DNA from: Selaginella moellendorffii
Lineage: Eukaryota > Plantae > Lycopodiophyta
Length of the DNA: 64,000 nucleotides
Direction: 5' to 3'
Assembly (NCBI RefSeq): GCF_000143415.4
Contig: NW_003314269.1
Location: 1,805,544 to 1,869,543, forward strand
This document shows positions 10,605 to 22,930 of the stretch, piece after piece. The notes beneath the pieces were generated by a model. It did not search any database. It was not told where the DNA came from and was given only the letters and a program-made list of their open reading frames with translations. The first letter of the stretch is position 1. The number at the start of each line of letters is the position of its first letter. The position numbers were made by a program, and so were the translations under genes.

Positions 10605-12755
10605 ATGGAGGTAGCGAATTCTTCCCAGGAGGACTCTGTTCCTACAGAGCTCATGGATTTGCCAACCAGTCTCTTGGTGGACGTGCTGTCCAGGATCTCC
10701 GACCCCGTTCACCTGGCCTCCATCTTATCGGCCTGTCGGCAATTCAAGGCTCTGGTGGCCACGGTCTCGTGGGAGCTGCGGCTGGTGCCGGGGATGCTCG
10801 AGGACAAGGAGCTCAAGTTTAGTCCTGGAGCGTGGCAGCGCGCGGCAGTGGCGATGATCCGAGCTCGGATGCCACTCACGCGACTTTTGGATCTGACTGG
10901 CTGCTCGATCATGGACGACGACGTTGCGTCTCTACTCGGCTATCTCCGGAACCTGCATTGCCTCATTCTCGACAGCTGCCAGAAGTTGTAAGTTTCCTTC
11001 TCATTCTCTACGTAGCTTGTACGTAGGTTTAGAATATCTTTCTTTTCTCTAACGCGTCTTGGTCTCTGCAGGACTTCCTCTGTGATAGATGCCTTGGCAG
11101 TGTCGGTGAGATCGGGACCGAGAGCTCTCAGCTTACAGCGATGTTTTAGAATTGGACCGACAGCGGCTGGAAACTTGCTGGCTGCCGCAGCCGCGGATGG
11201 CTCTCGACTACGGTGTATTCTTCTTAGTCACCTCGACAGATTGGAACTTCCCAGGGAGTCTCCTCTCATCGAGGAGGAACATATATATGAGCTCCCTCAT
11301 TCATTTGGGAGTCTGGGATCTGCTTTGAGAATTCTGGCTCTACACAATTGCGGTGGCCTTGGAACATTTGAGCTGGCAGCGGTGGTAAGATTTTTTGTTT
11401 TTTGTTTTTGTCCTTGCAGCAATGGTTGATTTTTCAGGCCGCAACATGTCCTTTGGTGGAGCTTATGTTCTTGGGAGGATCGGTCGAGGCCTTGGGGTTG
11501 TCTAGAGAAGAGAACCTCTCGGAGGAGAGAGTCTCTATTGCTACGATAACTCTTGTGGACTTTGCTCGTTCTCTTAAGAAGCTCCAAATGCTGGAGCTCA
11601 CCTTCTTTACACAGCCGGTTGTTCATGCAGTGAGGTACGTTTTTTTTTTCCTTTCTCTCTTCAATGGAGTGTTCACTTCCATTTGCAGGGAGGAGCTTCT
11701 TAATTTAATACAAGTCTGGAACTTTTGTGAGGAACAATCGGTCACGGCAGCTGTGTGGTTTTTGAGAGGAAGCAGTATCAAGAGCCCGGACCTTCCAATC
11801 TTAAGCAACTGGGAAGACATTCGCGAGGACGTTGCTCTAGCACTCCGTGCCGCTGCAAACTGCTCGGATATCCGTCGCCGGACGCCTCTTCACTGGACGT
11901 CATGCCAGGGCGAAGCTCACTCGGTAAAATGCCTCATCGACATCGGTGCTGCACCTAGAGGGATTTTGGACTCGTCAGGAGCTACACCGCTGTTCGTGGC
12001 TGCTGAGTTTGGCCACGCTCCAGTTTGCAAGCTCCTGCTAGAAGGTGGCGCTGATATGTTTGCAAAGAACCGCGGTGGAGAGAATCCCATCTACATTGCC
12101 TCGCTCAAGGGCCACTGTGACGTGGTCGAAGTGATGCTCGCCTTTTGTGCGACGCGGGGATGGAACTGGCAAGACGTGAAACTATATGGTAAGCTTTTCC
12201 AGAGTTCCCTTCTTTGTAGCTAAACGCCATGTTTCCTCTTCTTTTCCAGGTGATGGATGGACTCCTCTCATGGCGGCAGCGGTGGCGGACAGGCAAGACG
12301 TTGGAAAAGCTCTTTTGCTGGCGAGCGGCTACAACTTTAGCAGATCCTCGTCGAGTTCCTCCTCACCCGCCACAAAGCTTTTGGACGCGCAAAACAGGCA
12401 TGGTCAGACCGCAATGCACATAGCTGCGCGAAGAGCCTCGGTGTGGTTTGTCACCAATCTTCTCGCAGCGGGGGCGTCCGTGGAGATCCCGGATGAGTAT
12501 GGACACCGAGCACTGGACGTGGCGGTTTATTATTGTCACCACTCGGTCGTAGAGATTCTCAGACAGTGGGAAGATCAGCACAGTACTAGCGGCGGCGGCG
12601 GCGGCGGTGGCGGTGGAGGTGGCGGTGGTGGAAGCGGCGCTAGACGAAGGCTTGGAGCAGCTAAAGCCACTGCCTCGAAGCCCCAAACAAAAATTTGGAG
12701 GGCCAAGCAACAGCACCACCACCAAGAACAAGAACACGGTAGAAATCATGTATAG
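10605..12755 (+). CDS. F-box + leucine-rich repeat + ankyrin-repeat protein, 5 exons
   Basis: F-box LMDLPTSLLVDVLSRI...ACRQF; LRR-like LLDLTGC, LILDSCQKL, LALHNC; ankyrin RTPLHW, GATPLFVAAEFGH, GENPIYIASLKGH, GWTPLMAAA, GQTAMHIAA. Introns ~10988-11071, 11385-11437, 11635-11688, 12189-12249. (GGC/GGT)n poly-Gly near 12590-12635. Confidence 0.85.
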
Positions 12756-12833
12756 ATTGGAATCATGAAAACGTGAGAGAGCCACAGGCTCGGCCACGCG
12801 AGGAGAGCCACTGCTTCCAACATTCTGGGACGA

Positions 12834-14265
12834 TTAAGAGCTTGTTGGTGATGACTTTGGCCATGGATTTCCAGACTTGACGCTACAAACTTGCTGTGGC
12901 GATGGACCGTCCCATATCTCCCAACGCTTCTGGAAAAGAGAAGCCTGCAAAACACAATCCTGTAGTTGCTTGCTGCCGGCAAACTTTTCTCTCGTCTTGG
13001 CAGCTTCTTGTCCTGCTGCCGAATCGAACAAGGCCTCCCAGCCTCGCTCCCATTCCAGGCTTGACGCATCACACAACTCTAGCTTCTCCATTCCATCTGT
13101 AGGAAACCATCCGGACCTCTTGCACAGCGACTCCACAATCGCTGACGAGCGCTCCAGGCTTGATACTTTGGGATTGCAAGGCCTGCAGTAAGCCCCGTTC
13201 AAAGGTCCCTTGCTGGAGATGGAAGGCACTGATAGATGCCAACCTTTTGGAGGCCACGGCCACTTCCTATGATCGATGAGGCAGAAGGAAAAGTTGGTCG
13301 GCACTGCTAGAATTCGCTGGAGCTCCAAGTGAGACTCGAAAAGAGCTTCCGGCCATAAGTTACGATCGCCCTGTGCATGGAGAGCCGGAAGGATGCTGAG
13401 CTTGAGTCCTGTGGCCATGGCAGTGGCTCGATCACCCACTCCAAGCTTGTCGTTCACTCCTCCACAGTTGTTCCCGAATGGAATGGTGTAGACACCTCTC
13501 TCGTACTTGGTTGGAATCGGATCTGTCCAGTAGCTGTCCAGCCTCACTTTGATGATCCAATCGTAGAGAAACTCGTGCTTGCGCTCGTAGTCAGTGACCA
13601 AGTCTCCACACCCCTCGATCAAGCGGAAAAAATGTAGCAGGCCTTGCAAACCATGAGAAGAACCTTCCGCCCCGACAACCTCTCGAAGGACGTTGGTCTC
13701 GGGAATTCTCGCGGGCGTGAACAGCCTTGCCTTTGCAAAGCGTGACTTTACACCGCGGAGGATTTCCAGCTTGTATGAATCGCGATCCAGGGGCGCGTGA
13801 AGGAAGACGTGAGCGTCGGGCAGCACGTCCAATACGTAGTTCTTGAGGCTCAGTCCTGTGAGCTCAAACTGTCTGGCTTCGCCATACAGGCAGAGCGCCA
13901 CACGCGGAGGTGAATCTCCCTGTTACGGATCAAGAACAAGGAATAAATCTCTACAACACTTACCGGTTGCATGATCATAGAGCAAGAACCTCGGAGCTTC
14001 TTGCTGTGATGTCCACCAGAGTTTTGGCTAGCCTCGCGGGAGTGACAAACTTGCGGCATTCCTCGAGAGTGTTCGTCACAGGCCTTGATCTAGCCTGCAT
14101 TTCACCCCGATCGCCCTCTCAGGACTAGAAGAAAATCTCACTCACCTGGGAGATCGAGAGCTGGCGGTAGCGCCTAGCGACATCGAATGCAAAAAATAGG
14201 AGAAATCCAAGAGCGACGAGGAGCCGCGCGCGGCGTCGCCCCCGCTGGAGCATCCGCCCAGCCAT
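12834..14265 (-). CDS. Type II membrane plant protein (DUF7796-like), 3 exons
   Basis: N-terminal TM (RARLLVALGFLLFFAF), then VALCLYGEARQFELTG...FLHAPLDRDSYKL...GLLHFFRLIEGC...YDWIIKVRLDSYW...GGVNDKLGVGD...GPLNGAYCRPC, typical of this conserved plant family. Confidence 0.8.
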
Positions 14266-14555
14266 TATTCCAAGATTAGGGCGCCTTGAGGAAGAGCCCT
14301 AAATTAACGGCTCTTGTGTGGTGATTCAAGTTTTCTGGTAATTATAATAAAAAAAGGGACAAAAAGCTGGATCCTTCTATTAGCTACCTTAACCAGTATA
14401 TAAACTCACACGGTGTTAAAATTTATGCGTCAGCGTTCAGTCGGCGAGATAATCTCGTCAGGGGATATTCTCATCTATAAGAGCCCTAAAAAGAAAGAAA
14501 CAAGAGAGAGGGAGCTTGTTTCTAAAAGAAGGCGCGCGAGGGCGAGGTCAGAGCG

Positions 14556-15637
14556 ATGGGAGGAGGGATTCTACTGCGGGGAGTGGCTAAGGCCGTCACC
14601 AGGCCTCCGATTGTGGGTCTAGCAGCGGTGGCGGCGGCAGCGACATCTTCGAGCGTGCCCCAGTCGGTGATGATGGGCAGTGCCAGCGCCAGCAGCGCCG
14701 CCGCGCTGCCGCTCCGCGCGGCGGTGGCGGATGATTGGGTGTTTGCGGGAGATGAGGAGCGATCCGAGTATTTCGTCCGCGACCATTTGGTGTTTGGAGC
14801 GGCGCCGTCGCGGGACGAGGTCGAGGAGGCTACCGCGGATTTGCAGAATGCGCTTGGCATGTAAGTTTGTTCTTTTCCTTGATGTAAAAAATAAGAAATT
14901 TTTTTCGTTTTTTTTCTGGAAGGTGTTTTGGAGAGGGACTTCCAACTCCAGCTTTGCAGCAAGACTCCCCGGTTTCGAGCATTCGAGGGCCAAGCAGTGT
15001 TCATCTCGGTCACCCGGTTGTGGATTGGATCGAGCCGCATTTGGTGTCGCATGAGCCTGGCAACGTCCAAGTCTGTAGAAGGAACGAGGTTGCCGAGGCG
15101 TTTAGTTTGCTCCAGAACGATCCTATCGTTCAAGTAAGTGTTTTTTATTCTTCTTTTTTTTACTCAGTGGTGACATTTTTCTTCCAGGGGGTCGTGATGT
15201 CGGTCGCCAGTGACAAAGCCGTGTGGGATGCGGTACTGGCGAACGAGAAAGTCAAGGAGTTTAGGAAGAAGCTCCAGGAGAATGGTGAGTGTGTGCGTTT
15301 AAGCTTGTTCCACTTTGCTCCACGTAGCTCCGTTCCAGGATACGAGAGCTTTGTAGCTGGCGATGGCGAGGTCATACAGGAGGGGGGCAAGCACACACGC
15401 CCCAGTGATCAGCCCAACCCCAACCTGGTGGATTTCCTCGCGCAGCTGCTGGATTACTCCAAGAATGCTTACCTTCGAGTCAAGCGCATGCTCACTGAGC
15501 TTCTCTCCAGCTTCCTCGACAATAAGTTCTTCTCAACCAAGGATGGAAACTTTGCCGACCCAGCCATCAAGTCGTGCTTCATGCTGAGCCTCGTCGTTCT
15601 CTCGGTGGTGCTGCTCAAGCGAGCGTCGGCTGCCTGA
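14556..15637 (+). CDS. Conserved plant protein, UCP012943 (At5g54540/At4g25170-like), multi-exon
   Basis: MGGGILLRGVAKAV, DDWVFAG, LVFGAAPSRDEVEEATADL, AFSLLQNDPIVQGVVMSVASDKAVWDAVLANEKV, and a C-terminal TM. Head-to-head with the 14265 gene across ~290 bp. Confidence 0.8.
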
Positions 15638-15806
15638 AAAGAAAGAGATCTTTCCTCCTTCCAGTCACAGGTACTTTCATTTCTCGCCATAGAGTAATGC
15701 TCTCTCTTCTTGTGCATACTACTAGATCGATAGATACAGGAAAGTGGTTTAACAACATTCCATGCAATACACATTTTGTTACAAGAAAACCAATGGCTCT
15801 TTCGAG

Positions 15807-16047
15807 TCAGACTCTTGGTTTGCTCGGGCCTGCCGATGGAGTGTGCTGAGGCTTCGGAAGCTTGTGGAAAGTTGGAACTTTGTGTGTCGAGGGGGGGACG
15901 TGATTCGGCCCCGCCGGTGGATGGATCGAGTACTTTGGAAGCGTCCGGGTGCTTGGTGCCGTCTGGAGGATAAGTGGTGCCTTTGGGAAGGTAGCTAGCC
16001 AGAGACGATGGAGCGAAGATCACGATCAATCGCTGGTAGCTCTCCAT
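15807..16047 (-). pseudogene. Deleted/frameshifted copy of the IDA-like multi-peptide precursor
   Basis: Homologous to 18902-19216, but with deletions in the signal peptide and repeat 1; 241 nt from ATG to the homologous stop, so out of frame. Confidence 0.75.
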
Positions 16048-17397
16048 TTTCTTCTTTGCTTGTGGATGCAAAGTATGGTGTGTGAGAGCCTGAGATATGG
16101 GAGTGGAGAAAACATTGGTGCATTTAAAGGCCGCTAAAGTGAGCTCTCCTTTTCTATACACGTTCCTGGTTCCGTGTGAGCAATTCGAGCGCTATTGCGT
16201 GCCAGGACCTTCTACTTCCAGCGCTCTCCCCTGGATCACATTGCAGAAACTTCTGTGGAAGTCTGGCATGGATCTGGATCAAAGTCCCAATCCGTTTCCA
16301 CTCCCTTCGAATGATCTAAGCTCATTGTTGGTCGGATATGCTCCAGGACCATCACATTCTCGTTGGAAGAGCTCTGGAATGAAAAGTTTCTTTCATTAAA
16401 ACACAACAAAGAGCAAGGTGGTGGTCATCCTGGATAGATGTGTTTATAGTTGCCCAGTGAGAGCATAGGACTTTTGAGTAGGAGGGGAGGAGAGAAAAAG
16501 TTACCATTCAAGTATTTCCTAAATGTTTCTGTCTAGGAAGTGGGGGCATGTTGCTTCCCTCTAATCTTCCATGCCACGTAGATAAGGAGTGGTCTTTGAT
16601 AAAGAGTGGTCGTTGCTGCCGTGGTCATGTTCCCCATAAATGCTGGGAGGTCATGGGCATGGAAGTCTGAAAGAAGACAAAGAAATACTTTCTCTGTGGA
16701 CACAACATCCATTGCCACCAAGATAAAGAAAGGAGTGGAAACTGTGAGTGGTGATTGGGAAAAACATGAGTCTACCCACCAGTCTCTCCACATCAAGATT
16801 TAAGAAATCCTGATCACTAAAAAATTTTCCTAACCAAGAAAAAAATGGCACTTTATTCATAACTTGCAATTTGCAACTAATCCTCTAGCTATTTAGATAC
16901 ATGTTTTGCAAATTCTATTGCACTCATGTAAGAATCTAGCAATTTGAAAAATAAACAAATAAAAGATTATTGTTAGTGGTCAAACGTGAGTTCAAAAATA
17001 GTTTAAAGTTCACTGTACAATTTCCTTTATTAAGCCCCCTTTTTATCTGATTTCTTCTAAATCTGAATTCTCTTTTTACATTTCTTAAGTTTTTATATTT
17101 AGAATTCTCACTATTAATATTCCAAGACTTTTAACTGTTCAGAAAAAAAATTTGCATTTTTATTCATAAGCCTTATTTTTTTGAACCTTTCATTCTTTTT
17201 AGTTGCTATCCACACATTTCCACACCTCACCAAAATTTGCCACATGTATCATAAAATGCATACATCCATACTCAACCTTTTTCAAGTGCATTCAATAAGA
17301 ATCTGTTTGCATCTGCCTTTGTAAACACCAAAGATTGTGCTAGAGTCAGAAATCTACCAAGTTCTCTGTTTGAGATGGGTCCATTGTTTGACATTAG

Positions 17398-18492
17398 AGA
17401 TCCTTTAAGCTTTATAAGCAGCTAGCTCTTGCTCAAAACTATGGCCGGCTTCGCCTACGTTGCTATTGCCTACCTTCTAGCAGCTATGGGAGGACTCATG
17501 TTTGGATATGATGTTGGGATCTCAAGTAAGCACTCGAAGATTTCTACTGTGACCTATGGATAAAATTTCTTTTTTTGGTTTTTGTCAAGGTGGTGTCACC
17601 TCCATGGATGATTTCCTGGGAAAGTTTTTCCCCAGCGTTCTACAGAGGAAGCTGCAGCTTGTTGGAAAAGAAGGCAACTACTGCAAGTATGACGACCAGG
17701 GCGTGCAGGCGTTCACGTCGTCGCTCTACCTCACGGGTCTGGTGGCTACCTTTGCAGCCTCGTACACGACGCAGAGATTCGGTCGGAAGCCAACCATGGT
17801 GATCGCGGGACTGTTTTTCATCGCCGGGGCGGTGTTCAACGCTGCTGCGGAGAACCTGGCCATGCTCATCATCGGCCGGATCCTTCTCGGCTGTGGCGTC
17901 GGCTTTGCCAACCAGGCCGTCCCGCTATACCTCTCCGAGATTACTCCCACTTGTTACTGGGGCGGCCTCAACATTCTCTTCCAGCTCAACGTGACCGTCG
18001 GCATCCTCATCGCCAACCTCGTCGCCAAGCTCCACCCATGGAGCTGGCGGCTCTCACTCGGCCTGGCTGGGATCCCCGCGGTGCTGCTCACAGTCGGAAG
18101 CCTGTGCCTGTGCGAGACTGTTGAGATGGCAGTCTTGATCATCTGACACATGGCAATCCACGTCCAATGCAAAAGGAGTACAATGAATGTGCTCTGTATA
18201 GTGTTTTTCCTCTTTTCTGCTAGAGAGTCTGTTCTGGGAGGAGAAGGCACACAACAACCATGAGCACACCCCGGAGGACTCAGCTGCCAACAGGTAATCT
18301 CTCCCTTAGCAATACGTTGCCACCACCATGGCTGGTCGCCCTGCCATGGCCTCTGCATTCGGCAACTAGCAGCTGGTGCTTGGCGCTGGCTGGGAGATAC
18401 GATGCCGCTTCAGCTGGGCGCTGGGCACTAGACTGATGCGAGCCACAAGCACAAAGATCCTGCAAGATAGAAGCTCGATCGGCCTGGAAGCT
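17398..18492 (+). pseudogene. STP13: 5' half of the STP gene (TATA, exon 1, intron, to LCLCET) fused to unrelated sequence
   Basis: High identity to 1479-2310; homology stops after TGCGAGAC (~18119) and continues into a ~370 bp tail shared with 22931-23356. Confidence 0.9.
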
Positions 18493-18497
18493 GATCC

Positions 18498-18795
18498 GCT
18501 ACGTGGAGCAAAGTGGAACAAGCTTAAACGCACACACTCACCATTCTCTTGGAGCTTCTTCTTAAACTCCTTGACTTTTTCGCTCGCCAGTGCTGCATCT
18601 CACACGGCAACCCCAACCTGGTGGATTTCCTCACGCAGCTGCTGGATTACTCCAAGAATGCCTACCTTCGAGTCAAGCGCATACTCAGTGAGCTTCTCTC
18701 CAGCTTCCTATCATTCGCCGACATTAAGTTCTTCTCGACCAAGGATGGAAACTTTGCTGACCCAGCCATCAAGTCGTGCTTCATGCTGAGCCTCG
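18498..18795. pseudogene. Rearranged fragment of the UCP012943-like gene
   Basis: 18498-18608 is the reverse complement of ~15218-15328 (including intron sequence); 18609-18795 is a direct copy of ~15416-15593. Confidence 0.85.
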
Positions 18796-18901
18796 ATAGA
18801 TTAATGCTCTCTACTACTAGATCGATAGAAACAGGAAAGTGGTTTAACAGCATTCCGTGCAATACACATTTTGTTACAAGAAAACCAGTGGCTCTTTCGA
18901 G

Positions 18902-19216
18902 TCAGACTCTTGGTTTGCTCGGGCCTGCCGATGGAGTGTGCTGAGACTTCGGAAGCTTGTGGAAAGTTGGAACTTTGTGTGTCGCGGGGGGGACGTGATT
19001 CGGCCCCGCCGGTGGATGGATCGAGTACTTTGGAAGCGTCCGGACCTCGAGCAGCTTGGTGCCGTCTGGATTTTGTGGATTGCTCGGTCCAGCGGGAGGA
19101 TAAGTGGTGCCTTTGGGAAGCTTGCTGAAAGTGAGCTTTCTAGCCTGCGACGATGGAGCGAAGATCACGATCAAGACGATGAGAGCAACGAGAAGAGATC
19201 GCTGGTAGCTCTCCAT
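18902..19216 (-). CDS. Secreted small-peptide precursor (104 aa) with three tandem IDA/IDL-like (EPIP-like) motifs
   Basis: Signal peptide MESYQRSLLVALIVLIVIFAPSSQA|RK, then FSKLPKGTTYPPAGPSNPQN, VRTLPKYSIHPPAGPNHVPP and FHKLPKSQHTPSAGPSKPRV, in register with the IDA motif FGYLPKGVPIPPSAPSKRHN. Confidence 0.75.
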   Translation of the reverse strand: MESYQRSLLVALIVLIVIFAPSSQARKLTFSKLPKGTTYPPAGPSNPQNPDGTKLLEVRTLPKYSIHPPAGPNHVPPATHKVPTFHKLPKSQHTPSAGPSKPRV

Positions 19217-20264
19217 TTTCTTCTTTGCTTGTGGATGGTGTGTGAGATCCAAAAAGCCTGAGATCTGGGAGTGGAGAAACCATTGATAGATCACGGGCAT
19301 TTAAAGGCCGCTAAAGAGAGCTCTCCTTTTCTATTCACGTTCCTGGTTGACTGAGTAATTCTAGCGCTATTGCGTGCCAGAACCTTCTACTTCCAGGGCT
19401 CTCCCCTGGATCACATCGCAGAAACTTCTGTGGAAGTCTGGCGGATCAAAGTCCGAGTCAGTTTCCACTCCCTTGGAGGAATGATCTAAGCTCATTGTTG
19501 ATCGGATAGGCTCCAGGACCATCACATTAAAGCGATTCCAGCCACTGGTGATACAGTTTTGTGGGAGGGACTGCGATTTTTATAGCCAGATGATCCTTTG
19601 ATAATGATTAAACGTGCTAGAGCCAGAGATGCTCTTGTTTGAACAATCAACTTCCAAGTCCTTTTGGAACTTTGGATGTCAATCACGGATCCACTAGAGC
19701 TTCGTCTACCATTTTCAAACACTTTCGTACTACACTTTGAGACTCTGTCCCATCCTCGATAATGTTCTTGATAGTGGAGGAGACGCACGAACACAAGCAG
19801 GTAATCGAGCGAGATCGTTCCTCCTCGAACACTCCAGCTGCTTGAGCTCTTGCTCCTCTACTGTGATGCTTCAGATCTTCAAACTGCTTTGTCACAAAAC
19901 TGGGAAATCGATAGGATCACACTTGCAATCACTACGCAGGAAAGAATGACGCAAGCTTGCCCTGTTTCTACTGGACGAAAGCTGTTCACAGTGGGATCGT
20001 TTACTCCTTGCATCACTTTCAACAGGATGAGCATCGATCTCTGCAAAACAATCCAGGTAAATAGCATCAACAGTTGATATGTGTGTTGACCTTCTCGGAG
20101 TGAAAGGCACGACCAAATCTCTCCCACCAACACTCTGGAAAAACAAAGAAGCTTTAGAAAGCCAAGAGCTTACCGCAATTAGTAGCATGCAAGTGCCATC
20201 CATGAAAGAAGCCAGCTTTTTCCAGTGTAAGAGAGAGACTTGGAAGTTCTACGAACTTAAAACT

Positions 20265-20936
20265 CTATGCCTTGATCGCCTCCTCCCGGCGCAGAGAATC
20301 GATGAGATCCAGCGTGCTCGCCCTCAATCTCCTCGCAGACTCGGAGCTCACCTCGCGCTTCACAATCTCCTCCACATCGCATTCCACATCGCTCTCAAAC
20401 CCCTTCTTCACCGCCGCGGCGATGGCCATCACGTACGCCCCACAGTCATGCCCGTTTTCCTGCTGCGGTGTGGCGGCGCTCACGAATCTGGGCTTGGAGC
20501 CGCTGCCGACAAGCTCCGAGACCCTGGCATGGAGCGATCGGGCGTAGCGATCGTTGGCGCCGTCCAGGCTATCGAAATGGAGGCACGAATTGCTGGGCCT
20601 GTGGAAGATCAGGAGGCTCCAGTGGCTGCCCCGCTCTAGATTCCCATGGCTCGAGCGATACTCCACATCGGCGCTATTGTTGATCGGGAGGAGCAGCATC
20701 TGCCGGTCGCGGAGATTAAGCGCCGCCAGCGCCGGTGCCAGATCTCGCGCGTCGGCGCAGTTCGTGATCCAGAAGCTCGTGGATGGGCTTACCAAGAGCA
20801 CATCGCTGCTTCCCGATGAGGAGAGATAGGAGAAGAAGAAGTCGATGATGTGGTCGTTGATGAAATTCGGGGGACGGAGGAGCTCCACATCGCACCGGCG
20901 GAGGAGGACGTCGCCATAGCTAAGAACACGCTCCAT
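20265..20936 (-). CDS. DEN1: NEDD8-specific protease 1 (Ulp1/C48 family), intronless
   Basis: VLSYGDVLLRRCDVELLRPPNFINDHIIDF, SHWSLL, HFDS, QQENGHDCG; His-Asp-Cys triad intact. Confidence 0.9.
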   Translation of the reverse strand: MERVLSYGDVLLRRCDVELLRPPNFINDHIIDFFFSYLSSSGSSDVLLVSPSTSFWITNCADARDLAPALAALNLRDRQMLLLPINNSADVEYRSSHGNLERGSHWSLLIFHRPSNSCLHFDSLDGANDRYARSLHARVSELVGSGSKPRFVSAATPQQENGHDCGAYVMAIAAAVKKGFESDVECDVEEIVKREVSSESARRLRASTLDLIDSLRREEAIKA

Positions 20937-20994
20937 TCCAAAATTTTCGGAAGAACCCTAAAAATTTAAAGGACCCTGGATTTCCGGAAGAACC

Positions 20995-22390
20995 CTAAAA
21001 ATGCACGTAAAGACAGCGAGTCGGCTGGTCCCAGCTGCCGTGGAACTCCTCCGCTGCCATGAGCCGGCTGGCGATGCTGTGAACGAGCCCCTCCGGGAGA
21101 TCAAACATTGCCATGAGCTGGTCCAGGCTCAGCGAGTCGTAAGACGATGCGTACGTGAAGAGATAAGTCCTCAGCACCTCCTCCTGGATCTTGCTCTTGA
21201 GCATGTCCATGGCGAACTCTCGCTTCCGGAGCAGCTTCCAGATATCTAGGCCCTGGACGATCGCCACCGCCTTCTCCCAGTCGCCCTTCATCAGAGCCCG
21301 GCTCGCCGCCATGATGTTGTCACGGATGTTCTCTGGGGGCCCGATGAAGGCCTGCTTCTCGTAGATGTCCAGGAGACGGCGGAACGTCTTGCTGTAAACT
21401 TTCTTCTTCACGTCGTGCGCGTTGGCGGTCATGTTGGGAACCTCCAGCAGCATTGCACATATTAGATGGACCGCCTCCAGTAGCTCCAGGTTGATATGCA
21501 TGTGAAACGGCATTTGGCGGCGGCGTTCGAGTTTTTCCTACACAAGAAAACCACCTCACAAGTTGAGAAGAAACACAAAACTATGAAAACAATCACCTGT
21601 TCTGGAGTCTTGTCGTAAAACCGACTCTGCTGAACTCCTTGTGCAAGGAGCTCTTTCACCCGTCCGCCGGCATAGAACTCCGACAGGCACGCATGCGTTT
21701 CAGTGATGAGACCGGTCCGGAAGGCACACAGTCCCAGCTGCGCCATAGCTCTGTTGAACAGGATCTGGCGTCGAAGATGGCGTAGTGATAGATGTCGCAT
21801 AGCATGGCCCTGGCTTTTGTGCGCTCGTCCATCATAGTCCGACTGAGTTCCGGAAGGTCGGGCGTTCCCAGAACCAGCGTGCTGTCTTCCGCACCAGCCT
21901 CCGCCGTCTTCTGGCTCTCCCCGAGCTTTCTCATGGCCTCGTAAACCTCCTGAGGCTTGTAGTAGACGTGTTCCAGCCTGCGAAGTGCCACCCGAGCGGC
22001 GGCTCTCGTATCTCCAATGCGCTCCACGTACTCCTGAACACTCTGTGCCACCACCAAGAAGGCTGGCTCGTCCTTCATGCGGTAGACATAGTCCTTGGTG
22101 TGCGGATCGATCACTTGCAAGCTCTTGAAGAGCTCGTCATCCAGCCGCTCCACGAACCCAACAATGTTCCCCCAGACGCGAATCTGGCCGGGATAGTCGT
22201 CTCCCTTTTGCGTCTCGTTCTCCGACTCGGGCTCGGCGTTCTCATGACAATGTTGGGATGCTGCGCGAGTATTCCAGAATGGCCATCATGCTATGCGCAC
22301 ACTTCTTCCACACGGGGTCTTTGCAATGGTAACGAGATAAGTGAGCTGCTCAACCTTGGTGCTACTATCAGCGAACTATTGAACCTTGGA
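20995..22390 (-). pseudogene. TIF3C1: Translation initiation factor eIF3c fragment (C-terminal half with PCI domain), many deletions
   Basis: [107 protein letters not shown]; frameshifted, with an intron retained at ~21540-21597. Confidence 0.9.
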
Positions 22391-22930
22391 AGTCAATATA
22401 AACTAGCGAGAAAGAGAGCAAACGCCATAACGATCTATAACCTCTATATGGTCTTCATGGCTTTATCTTTTTATCAATCTCTGGACTGCGTTCTAACCTC
22501 TATCTATGGTGTTGGGCTCGTAGGTGCCTGGTCCTTGGTTCCCGTCACCGACGACTCCAAGCCAAAGGCTGTTTTCCCCGACCATAAGCTCCGGGCCCCG
22601 GGGTGTCCTCTGAGAAAGTCCTTGGGCCGAGGGAGTACTAAGGTGGCCATGGACTTCCAGTTCTCCAGTTTGAATCATACGCCCCCGGACCGGGAGAGTC
22701 TGGCCTGCCCAGAGTCTTGAGCTTGCCATGGATTCGAATCCCCTGCGTGTCCGTAAGATCCGGGACCAGGAATGTTCTCGCCCACTTGTCGGCGAAGCCT
22801 GCCCGAGAGAGAGAATGCCGGAGAGCTGGTTATAGGCGCCGGGGCCGGGTCTATATTCGCTAGCTCTATCGATCTCTGATCTCTGGACTACGCTAAAGCT
22901 CTATCTATTCACTTCTATCTACTCTAGCCT

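Noticed and set aside
19530-20230. Overlapping short ORFs between the peptide gene and DEN1
   Set aside because: Could not assemble a coherent gene or recognise a domain.
22390-22930. Possible solo LTR or small TE
   Set aside because: No termini, TSD or second copy in the window.
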